In this document: positions 53,086 to 64,000 of the stretch, piece after piece
Layout: each line of letters begins with the position of its first letter
Position numbering within the stretch: position 1 is the stretch's first letter
From: Camelus ferus
Lineage: Eukaryota
Direction of reading: 5' to 3'
DNA length: 64,000 bases
Assembly: GCF_009834535.1 (NCBI RefSeq)
Contig: NC_045696.1
Location: 101,248,001 to 101,312,000 of the forward strand
Notes under the pieces: model-generated
What the model was told of the DNA's origin: nothing
Database searches by the model: none
Seen by the model: only the letters and a program-made list of their open reading frames with translations
Made by a program: the position numbers and the translations under genes

Positions 53086-55634
53086 GAAGGGGTAGAGAAA
53101 AGTTCCCTCATTGAATGCATTTAAAAGTTCAGTGGAGATGAAAATATATTTTATGATTAATCCTGTCAGGTGTGCTTGTTTAAATAACCAATTATTTAGT
53201 CATTTAGTGTTTATGTTGATTCAAATACTATTTATGAGATCTAAACAAAGAAAAATAAATAATAGCCATTGCTTATAAAAGAAAATGAAAAATCATAATT
53301 TAAATGAATTCCATAGAAAATTAAGGATTTTTAAAAAAAATATGTTAAATGGTAAATTCTATACCAATGAAAATTAAGTTTAATTTAAAATACCTCTAAA
53401 ACTGGCTAGACACATGATAGAAGTTGATTAAGACATTGCTCATTAAATGAGCGTGCTACTTTTGGAAATACCAGAAGGAGTCAAGGAATTCATCAGAAAG
53501 GTGACCTGTATCTCCCTAGGCAGGGTTACTTTGGTTCCCTCCTTTGAACCCCTTGTATAACTTATAAGAAGGGAGATTCTACTTAGTAAAGAGTGAAGGG
53601 AGTTCCAGGACAAGGAAGCAGTTCTCTAAGGATGAAATACACAAAACTATGGAGAAGGAAAAATAATTCAGTGAGTTAGGGTTTGCGGCTTGGGAAGTGA
53701 AGCAAAAGGAGTACATCTTGAAAAAGTGAGCTATGTGAAACGACTGCCACAAACATGGGGGCTGAAAGAACTATATCTGTTTGGAAGACAACTGAATCCT
53801 AAAGGCATATTGGACACTTTATGAATGTAAAAGGAGAGGCACATAAAGCAGGACTTTGGAACATACAGCATATGAAGTACTGACAGGAAAAGAGAAGACA
53901 GAGAGAAAGATTAAGAAGAGGAACTAAGAAAAAGCAGTCAGCACAAGACAAATGTGAGAACCTCAAAGAAGGTCAGAGTCAGCTAAAAGACCAAGCAGGG
54001 GGAAGGTAAAACAGGTCACTGAATTTGGCAATTCAAAGCTCATGCGTCATTTTAAAAAGAACGTTTTCAGGGACTTAATTTCCTCAGTTTAAACACTGGG
54101 TCTAGTTGAACTTGTATGTTCCTTCCAGCAATAACAATTCTTTTATCTTCAATCTGGTTTCTGAATCTGATTTGAAATACGGAATGTCTTAATTATATTG
54201 TTTTCTTCAGTTGCAGAAGTGATTTATTTGAACATTCATTTATTATAATTGCAGTAATTGACTGTATGTGCATGTCTGTATATGTGCATGTCTGTATGTA
54301 TGTACCCTCAAAAAGTTTACATAAAATTATTGGGGGGGATTCTTGAAGGTAAAGAAAAATCACATCATCGATAGTTTCATTAAAAAGGTCTCATCAAGTA
54401 ATCTTGAAATTTAGTATTTGCTTGTCTTTTTTGAAAACGAGTTGGTAAGGAATGAGAAATATAGTTAATTTTACTTAAAATAATCTTTAATAACTTTTTA
54501 TAAAGTTCTTCTTCCCTAATAGTATCTGATTGTAGAGAAACAATTTTCATCCAAAAAATTACTTAATTTCTCAAATCATGATTTTGAAGAAACTGAAACT
54601 ATTATTTAAGCAGTAATTCACTATACTGTGTCAGAAATAGGTTATGCCATTCTATGTTAATAATCTGATGCATCCTACTCAATTCATTTCAACAGTAAAT
54701 AGTCATTTTCCATTATGAGCAGCTAACTATAATTACTTATTAGTTCCCTTTGTTACTCTCATAAACATTTTATTTGTGATACTTAGCATAGCTATTTAGC
54801 AAATGCAAGATGAATTTTAAATATTCCACATAGAAAACCTCTGAGCACTGGAAAGTCTCTTTATTCTTGAGATGATTTATTATACAGTTTATTCTCATGC
54901 AATTTCTTTTGGCATTTTCTAATACATTTCTCTTTTAAATGTGTAGCTCTTTAATAGGTTATCCTAGTATAAATAAATACATGTTTTAACAAATTATAAA
55001 ACCTAGCATATGTATGAGAATTACAATATCAACTCCTGTTGTAACAACTGAAGGATTAAGAAATTCACAGTATTTTTCTAACTTAGTTGAAGTATGACAG
55101 ATTTTCATAGTTGCATTTCTAATAAGTATAGTGTATTGTTAAGGGCTAATATAGAAAAGTTCCTCGCAACATTTTAACTAAAAGATTATGGACATTTCCA
55201 CTTCTTGGAAAACAAGATTAAAATGGAAATTTAGTTTACTGAGACCCAGAAGTAAAAATATGATATTTCTTCAAACACAAATGTGAACGAAGCATAAAGA
55301 TTTAAAAATAAGTTTTGAAATCCCATCTAAACCAACAGTATCACTTGATGTTTCTAACAATAAATAATATATCCTAGATGTGATATGATATATCCCTATT
55401 TTATATTCAAGTTTTGATCTACAAAAATAAGTTAAAATTGTACAAATAAACCCCAAAGGTAAAGATTTGCTACTTAAACATGATCGGTTTTTAGCACTAA
55501 AGCTATTTTTTCTTTAGTTCAAATTTTAAATCAGGTGAGTTCTTTTATGCATCTGAAGATAAAGCTTTTTAGTATTATTTTAATGTGTCTACGCACAGAA
55601 CAAACATTAGACAGATTTTTAGAACACATTTGAG

Positions 55635-55872
55635 ACACTGTCGTATGCTGGAAAGAATGTAAGATTGGCTTAAAGAACTTCTGCCTCTACAGCTGAATGG
55701 CTGTGTGATCTCTGGGAATTTATTCACACTTTCTGAGAGTTTCTGTGTTATTCAAGAAAGTGAAGCTAACAATACTTACCTGATAAATCACACAAAAGGA
55801 TCAAAATGAGATAGTATTTAAACATGCTTCACAATGTACAAAGTGCTGTGTAAGTACTAACAATTTTTATTA
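55635..55872 (+). mobile_element. MIR SINE
   Basis: ggctgtgtgatctctggg...aacaatacttacctg...ggatcaaaatgagata...aaagtgctgtgtaa. Confidence 0.65.
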
Positions 55873-56420
55873 TCCCAGCCTCATTTTTTACCCAAATCCA
55901 CCATGTGATCTTCTAAACAGAAGAAAATGTACCTGATAATTTCGAATTTCCAGGAATATATAGCTATAAATTGGTGAATTAATAGGAATCTACTCAGAAG
56001 TCAGACCAAATAATAAGTAAACAAAACATACTTCAGATTAAAAAGATTGCAGTTAATTATGGAATACTTAATTTTTGTGTAAGATGCAGTTGTCTTTAGT
56101 CGTCATCAAATATTGATGAGAAATAAATATTATAAGAAGCCATCTCCAAGCCTCATTCAGTAATCAGGATAAAACGACCTGGGACATTTGTGTCCTTGAA
56201 CGGTCATAATTGAGGACATTTCAGACAGAGCCCAATGGCTGTATCCAGATTCAAAATGTGGTCAGACTTGATTCCATACTGTCTGTCAAAAAAGAGGCAG
56301 AATTTGACTAGTGGGCACTTTTTTTTAACCCACGCTGTGTTAATAAAATGTTTAATTGGCAGTGTTAAAAAATTGACACTTTCCATACAAACATGGAAGT
56401 TCATAATTTATTTGAAAAAT

Positions 56421-56893
56421 TGTAAGGACTGGTGTGGCCACAGTGAGGCCACTGTCCTGACAACTGGAGTTGAGAAGAAAAGGCAGGTGTTCTCAAGTTA
56501 AGATCCCCACCCAGCCTAGTCTGTGTTGTTTACCCGTGGAAACTGGCCAGTGTAGGCATTTAAGTTTTAAGTTTGTAAACCTTGATCAAAATTTGTTTAC
56601 ATTTACTTTCAATCCAGCTTTATCCTTGAGGATTTACTCCTATTTCAACCAGAATGAGAATTTGTGGGTTTAAAAGTCTCTGAGAACATACATATTTAAG
56701 GCTAATATATGTTGCTATATTTAAATTTTGCCTAAATTCTTCCCTTCTCACAAACCCTAAAGTAAATGTCTCTTTCTTTGTTTCATGCGATGTTCCTGAG
56801 TTCTTCTGATGTGTACTCTTTCTTGCTGTGCATGTTAGTGGACCTAGTTTTAATTTGCTTCCAAAGGTATTTTTATCACGAATTTGTTGAACA
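56421..56893 (+). mobile_element. Probable old solo LTR (family uncertain)
   Basis: TG...CA-bounded ~470-bp segment with an LTR-like 3' half (ctttgtttcatgcgatgttcctgag...cttgctgtgc...ttgaaca); weak. Confidence 0.35.
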
Positions 56894-59800
56894 AGTACGT
56901 GATGAAATGTGGGAAGAATGTCACTGGGCTGTAATCAAGTAATTTTACCGTTAGAGTATATTAGCACATGGAGAAAAAAGTGCTTTAAGGCAACAGCAAA
57001 AGAAACTGACAGATTTTAATCCTATATTAAAATTTCCTGGAGCACAGTGGTGTTTAATCTGTTCACCCATCTTATCTATAGCTTATAGGTTGGTAAAAAA
57101 TTCCATTTGGAACTTTCATAAAGCATTTCGCTGCAATGCCAGCGGAAAAACTAAATAATCATCACCATAACAATAAATTTCCAGTTGTTGAGGAGCTTCT
57201 ACAGTATCTTCAAGTTTTACTACAAATCTTAATTTCTTGTGATTAATTGGACTCCTGTATTAAAAGAGATTTCAAGCAAAGTCGGTACATCTCCCAAGGA
57301 GCACTTGGAAATAAATATGTGGAACATTTGGGAATGCTGCTTAGTGAGCAGGCAGCACGGATACATAACACATGCAATGATTAGGACAGCGCCCTAAAGA
57401 AAGAACTATGACACTTAACATGCCAAAGTGCAAGCCCACGTAAAACACTAAACTGACAAGGCACCGGTTTGGCTCTTGATACCAGCTCTTCAACTTGGCA
57501 AGTCACGTATTCTCTGAGTCTTAGATTTCTTATGTGTTCCAAGGGGGCTGGACTTAACAGTCATCTCTAAGCCTTCTTCCTGTTCTTGTAGTCCTCGACT
57601 GGTTATCTAGCAAACACTGATCTCCTCCCTTTCTAAAGGCCTATAGCAGAGTCGTAGCAACACAGCTTAGCATTTATATATATATGTTATCTTTTGTGCC
57701 ATATTTTCTTTTGCATAAATTGTAAATCCCAAATTAGATTTTCAACTTTCTGTAGACATAAACCTGGGTATATAGATATAGATCGTCACATATACATATA
57801 GGTTTAAATAATACCTTTGGGGCAAAAATCGTGGCAATCACTAAGTGCATAAATACTCAAGTAATCTGTTTATTTATATATTCTCATATTTACCATCACA
57901 TGAGTACAGTCTGATTTTTCAATGGAGAAAATACTTATAATTTTCTATAACATCACATTTTCATTATTTATTCATAGTTTTTACATGTGTTAGAATAATT
58001 ATTGCTTGGAAAATAATTTGTGTTTACAAATCTATGATTTCCATAAAATGATAAAGTATTGCCAATGGGAATTCATTGTTCCAAGATTAGTAAGAAAAGA
58101 CAGTTTTTCATAATGTAAAATTATTAGTTTATTGGAGTAAAGTCTTGAAAATTATTTTATTCCGTGGGTCATATAAATACAGAATCCATTTAGTCAATCT
58201 TTGAAACCAGTTTTATCATGGTGTTCCCATTTTGTAAAAACACTTCAATAGCCGGACAGATTAGATCAGTTGATATAAGCTTCTTCTAAACTTCTACTGT
58301 CTGATTAAATTCCATTTGAAAATTTCTCTTCTCATAACTCAGACATACTCTTAACTTATATAAACTGCATTAATTTTAAATACCTGTGAGAAAGTGAGAC
58401 TAAAATAAAGCTTAGATATGTTAATACTTTTAAAAAATACTTTTTTGGCAAAACCCAACTTTGATTCATACTTATTTCTTTTGGTTTTGTTTTCTTTGTT
58501 CATTAGAATCTTCCAGTTCTAAAGATTAACAGCATTCTCAAACTATTCTAGACTCTTCCTAATGAGCCTATTAAAATACCTCTTCATCCAAGAAGTATTA
58601 AACGATTATTACCCAGTCATTTTGCTTTTGACTTGTTATTCAGAAGAATGTTAAAGCTGTTTAAAATAACATTTATTTGAGTTATCATTTAGCCTTCCAC
58701 TAAATTTGAGCAATGAACTGTGTAACAACACTGTGGGAATATATAGAGAACAAATACATAATTTCTGATAAAGCCTATTTCAACACGTCCTTTAATTGTC
58801 AATTGGACTTTCCTGGACAACATAATTATGCTATTACTACTTTTTTTCCTTTTCATAATATACCATCTCCCTTGAATGACCTGTCTGAGAGAGCATAATG
58901 TTCAGGCCAAGGAAAGAGAAGAATAGGGATTATGGTGGCTGCAATACTGAACTGTGAATAATTTCAAGAACATTAACAGGCGCTGAGTGCAGAGGTCCCT
59001 CTAGAAGCAACTCGCCAATGATTCACTTGGAGAAAAATGTCTTGAGCAGAAGTTTGTTTTTTTTTCCTTAAGGAATAAATTTGAAAGAAGAAAACTCTGG
59101 AAGCGTTGCTTTAACTGAATAGTTGGCACAAAAAAATTCACTTCAGGCTACCATTAAGGAAAATTAATTATAATTATTTTAATCAGTACACAATAAATAG
59201 AAAAGAGAATACTTCATTGATGTCCGTGGCTTTAGAGGACCTTGAAGTGTAAACCATTGTACCTTGAAGTATAAACCAAGGGTGAAAACAGGACCGAGAT
59301 GAAGGACCTTCATATTGACAAGTCCATTGGATGCTTTTCTTTTCAGTTTTATTAGCACATCCTTCTACATCTGACTCTGATAAAGCCCATCTTTATAAAG
59401 CCCACCAGGCACTAACCTGTAAGGTCTTGTAATGTTATGCTGATACATACTGAACTCGTCCTAAATGCCAAGAAGTCGTTGTATCCTGACAACAACCATG
59501 AGATAGACTGTTCCTATTTTATAGATGAAAAAGCCATATCACAGAGTGAGTCTATGATTTTAAAGCAACCAAGCATTTGTCGTGGAAGAATTAACTGTTC
59601 ATTTGCTTTGTGAAGGCAGGCACAGCTTACTGGCCAGTAAGGTGAGCAAAACCGCGCATCACTGTACATTAGTGCAGAGCACATTGGCTGTCTACTTTCC
59701 AGGTATAGATTTATAAATGGTGCCTTACTCAGGTGAACTAACAGTAGCTTATCCTTAGTGAAACCTAATGACTCAAAAAATATTCCACTTTAATATCAAA

Positions 59801-61049
59801 TTATACAGTTGTCCATGAAGTAAAGAACTGTAAGGAAAAATGTTAAGGATGAACTTCTTAAAATTTGAGGAGTAATAACTTAAATTTGTGATTGTAAAAA
59901 TCATTCATGTTGGAAATTTAGTATTTAACAGGACGTTCTTCACACATCTTATAATTTTACGTGACACCAGAATAATAATCAGAAGACCAATGGGATATTT
60001 AATATCACTTAGAAGTATCTTGATAAGTAACTAATAACAGATTTTTACAGTCCATTGAGAATTGCATTACGAGATTTATTTCACAAAATCTGCTATGGGT
60101 AACTTATTCAACAACTCTAATGAGTCTAGATAGAACTAGATTAATATGCATTCTCAGAAGCAAAAGGAAAAAAATAAGGAAAAAAAGTAGCAAAAATCAG
60201 CTAAAGCTTCAGCCCAAGCACGTTGAAAAGATGTCAAATCAAACAGCCCAAAAATATGCAATCATGTGCAACCATTTAGCATGATGCTCTAGTTTGTGAA
60301 AATCTCTCCCTCAGGGAAAGCACTTTAATTATCTAAGGTTCAAATGCAAGAAGGAATAAGCAAGAATTAAAGTATTATAAAACTCAACAACAAAATGAGA
60401 AAGCCTTTATGTATTATTTATCCCCATTCCCCCTTCTTTTTCTATCCTCCATGAATTTTTAAAAATTATTTAACATTAATTATTGAGAGTAATATTTTCT
60501 TCGGTATTTTTACCAACACTACTGCTCCTTCCTCTTTTATATAAGTTTAAAGCATCTCTAACTTTCATTGTCTATTAATAGTATTTACGTTTGCTTTTGA
60601 TGGATCATGTTCTGTGTTAGACAGCACTGCATAAGCTGTCACTTCCAAATTTGGAAGGTAACATTGGGGAAATTGAGAAGAAAATGTCTAATGTTTAGTG
60701 AGCGTTGACTACCAACAACTGTGCTAAGTACCAGAGAAGCACAAAAAGCCCTATACTACTCCAGCACTTAAAGTCTCCAAAAAGCTCAGGAAAGACTTTA
60801 ATCTTGCTGGTGAGTGATGTGTTCAAGTCCAGTTATATACAAGTTCTGTACTGAAATAATATAGAAGGGGTTGTGATCAGCTTCACCTGATAGGATCAGA
60901 GGTGGTAACAAGAAAGCTTTGATTTTGACCATGAATTGGTATATTCCAGAGTATCAGTGATGTAAAAAGAAATGCTTGGATAATGATAATTACGTTGTTA
61001 TGGCTGAACTATAAACCCAATATGACCAATGAGACTGGCTTCCAATTGC

Positions 61050-62050
61050 TTGATTTCTCTACTTTCATATAGTCTTATGACTGCTCTACTGTCTGCCCTC
61101 CAACCAGACTACTTTTCTTAGTCTCCTTCATGCACCATATTCTCCCATCTCTAAACCTTTTTTCCCCTCAGCTTTCTCTAGCTAGAATGCTCTTTACTCC
61201 AGAAATACCTGGTGATCTCCTACTTATCTTTCAAGACAGCTTAAGAGCAAGCAATTCTCTGACACATTTCCTATTCCTGGATCTTCCAATCTAAGATTAG
61301 AAAATGATTCATTTTATGTCCTAACTGAATCTTATTCTCACCTCAATTATTCATTCATTCATTTATTCATCTGATGAGTCATAAATTCATTTCCTCACAT
61401 ATTCAATATATTTTTCAATCCCTTATTATGTGCCAGGCACAATGCTAAGCACTAACGATACAATTAATGGGAACAAGAGAGAGAAGTTTTGATATTAGGC
61501 TGAACTGGGAGTTTTAATAGCCAAGAGTGAATTGTAGGTCCCTACATATTTCTGGGTAAGCAAGTAAACAAATGTTAAAAAGTGCAAAGAAACAAACTCA
61601 GAGATAATGAGATTAAGAGAAACTCTGGTGAGAGAGGCTTGTTTTATAGATAAAGTGGTCAGCTATATTTTTCTGAGGCAGATACTTTGGAAGTGACTTC
61701 TGAGCTGATATCTTAAGTATACAAAGGAGTAGAGAAAGCATTTTAGTTAAAGGGAAAACAAATATTAATACCCTGAAATGGCAATGTGCTTGGCTAGTGT
61801 AGTAGACTCTAAGCTCATGGTGTAGGAACTTTGTTCTGTTTACCTCTGTATAACATCTAGAGAAATGTCTATCACGTAGGAGGAGTTCAGTATTTGTGGG
61901 TTAATTAGATGATGAGAAAGGAGATACTGGTGCTGAGATTAGGGAAATAGAGAATGATATAAGAGCAGAAAATTGGGTAGGGTAAGGTCATGGGAAGCTA
62001 GATCGTGATAAAAAAAAATTTGGATTTTATTACAAATTCACTGGTAGATT
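61050..62050. mobile_element. Tail-to-tail L2 fragments
   Basis: Plus-like ctagaatgctctttactcc...tcctacttatctttcaagacagctta, then reversed tail attcattcattcatttattc...ttatgtgccaggcacaatgctaagcact. Confidence 0.7.
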
Positions 62051-62237
62051 GTGGGAAAGCAGTGTCAGCCAGACTAGCCAAAGACAGATAGCAAGGGTGA
62101 GGTTGAAATTAAACAAGAAAATAAAATTTTATGGTGTTTAAATTCCTAAATACTTCTACTGCTAACACTTAAAATTAGTAAGCCCGTATGGTAACAAGCT
62201 TGCTTGTAAAGTTCTCGTGCACTTTAAAAAAAAAGTT

Positions 62238-62660
62238 ATTTCCAACTCTGTGACATTCAAGAAAACTCAAAACTACAGAGACAGTAAAAAGATCAGTGGC
62301 TGCCAGATGCTTTCGGGGAAGGAGAGATAAATAGAGGGAGCAAACTGGATAGATTTTTAGGGCAGTGAAACTATTCTGTATGATACTATATTGGTGGTTC
62401 CATAACATTACATATTTGCCAAAACCCATAAAAAGTATAACACCGAACACAAACCCTAATGAAAACTATAGACGTAGGGCAAGAGTGAGGTGCCAATGTT
62501 TATTCATTGATTGCAACAAATATAGCATTTTGGCGGGAGATTTGATGGTGGGGGACGCTGTGCCTGTGTATGGGGAGGAGTATATGGAAACTCTGTGTAC
62601 TTTCTGCTCATTTTTGTTGTGAACCCAAAACTCCTCTTAAAAAAAGTCTCTATAAAAAAA
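62238..62660 (+). mobile_element. L1MC1-like 3' end
   Basis: gagacagtaaaaagatcagtggctgccag...tttttagggcagtgaaactattctgtatgatacta...tatatggaaactctgtgtactttctgctcatttttgttgtgaaccc...A-tail. Confidence 0.88.
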
Positions 62661-62879
62661 GTTTTTATTGTTGTCAGTTTGGCATTGGGTATCTAAAACC
62701 ATGAAACTATTCGTGTATTTTTATTTGGGAAATTTATTTCTACATTATCTCCCCACAAAATAATAAAAACTACACAAAATTTTTGTTAAAAACTTTTAAA
62801 TCTTATAACATTTTAAAATAAAGAAACTAGAAATAACCAAAGTTTCCTGTACTAGCAGAATGGGGAAACTAATTATAGC

Positions 62880-63455
62880 CCAGTCCAACACCACAGAGTT
62901 CATGCTGATTTTATCCCTTTTCACATTTATAATTCCCTTCTTAGACAATTAGAGAACTAGTGCCCATTGTCCTTCACGAGTTTATTTGTTCAGTTTCCTG
63001 TAGGAGAACAAAAAAAATGTCCAATCCCTACTAAACTCCTCCTTCAGACATGTGCCCTCCTCATCTTATTTGGGCTGAGAAATTTCCAGATGGGCCACTG
63101 TCACCACCCCACCACTTAATGGACCCTCTTCTCATCCTGTGCAGCCTTCAACACCCCATGCCAGGCAGCCCTCCCTGCACACAATCTCCTCACCCTTCCA
63201 GGGCTCCAACACTACACACAGCTCTGCCTCCTGTAAAGACACTTCTTCAATCCTCTTGGACTTTGACACCACATGCCAGGTATGCCCCACCACAGACATC
63301 CTCCTCAACCTGCTTGAGCTCTGCCATCGTCACTGGGCTGTATTTCTACAGGGACATCCTTTCAGCCCTGGCTCTCGTACCCTGTGTTGGCTGCCTTTCA
63401 GCGTGGTTAGCTTCCTGACCACACTCAAGCTCTGACACCCCCATGCTGGACTGCA
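62880..63455 (-). mobile_element. L1MC4/5-type 3' UTR remnant with a degenerate ~55-bp tandem array
   Basis: ccaacaccacagagttcat...ccttttcacatttataattcccttc, then ~6 degenerate units like acatcctcctcaccctgct..gctctgacaccccatgccagg. Confidence 0.55.
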
Positions 63456-64000
63456 TACAGTCTCTAAATCTCAAGCCAATATAGCGCACTATTCAAACTG
63501 AATTATGCTAGCTCTACTATTCTAAAAGAAACAGGAGACAGACAGACAGAAAGAGACAGATGAAGAACAGAAAGAAGACACACTGATTTTTTTAAATGTA
63601 CTGATGAGAATCAGTACATTGTACAGTACAATGCACAGGAGGAAAAATGATCATAACTTCAAAATGTAAACCACATAACTTGCTTTAGCAAAGTAATGAT
63701 TTTTAATGCATGTTATAAAATTTCTGTTATACCTTTCATATTTAGTAATTATAACATTTTATATGTATGTGTGTATGTATAAATATATATACATACTCAA
63801 TTGTTCCAATGTTAACAGCTTAAACTCTTGACTAAATATTAAATGATTAATTATTCAAATATTAAGTAATTTATTTTTTGCTGACCATGATTTAAGAATG
63901 TGTACTTGGCCAGCATTCTAAAGAGAAATACCAACAAAAAGACACATGTGCACAACAATAATTTTCTGTAAAAGAAGGTAGCTTTGCACAAGTTTACAAA

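Noticed and set aside
55940..58590. Exon-like stretches on both strands (e.g. SPINHKKLRFVVKLEDTVEAPQQLEIYCY; NLPVLKINSILKLF*TLPNEPIKIPLHPR)
   Set aside because: In-frame stops or no credible donor; cannot be told apart from chance without homology data.
11770..62660. Long-range inverted similarity between ~11800-12200 and ~62240-62650
   Set aside because: Two independent insertions of related L1MC 3' ends, not a segmental inversion.
63050..63435. Pro/Ser/Thr-rich ORFs over a degenerate ~55-bp tandem array
   Set aside because: The array adjoins and resembles the 3' UTR of old L1MC-type elements; C-rich composition explains the open frames.

Overview
AT-rich mammalian intronic or intergenic DNA, with no prokaryotic-style genes, RNA genes or CRISPR arrays. 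A young L1 3' end of camelid type, a cetartiodactyl-type L1 3' UTR, and no recognisable Alu, B1, Bov-tA, PRE or SINEC elements suggest a camelid genome (inference). The window is dominated by transposable-element remnants: L1, L2, CR1/L3, MIR, MaLR/ERVL LTRs, MER5/MER20 and a Tigger2-family MITE. I found no protein-coding gene I can name, and the ORF track is mostly repeat-derived or chance. The most distinctive element is a gammaretrovirus-like proviral remnant (~30271-31204). It has a decayed env tail, a polypurine tract and a complete CpG-rich LTR carrying an ~8-copy GAATCTCG array, but no upstream provirus. Also worth checking are a nested fold-back at 36674-36838 and two speculative sets of short, phase-compatible candidate exons, one on each strand. 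Repeat family names come from recalled consensus sequences, not a search, and boundaries are approximate unless a TSD or terminus is quoted.
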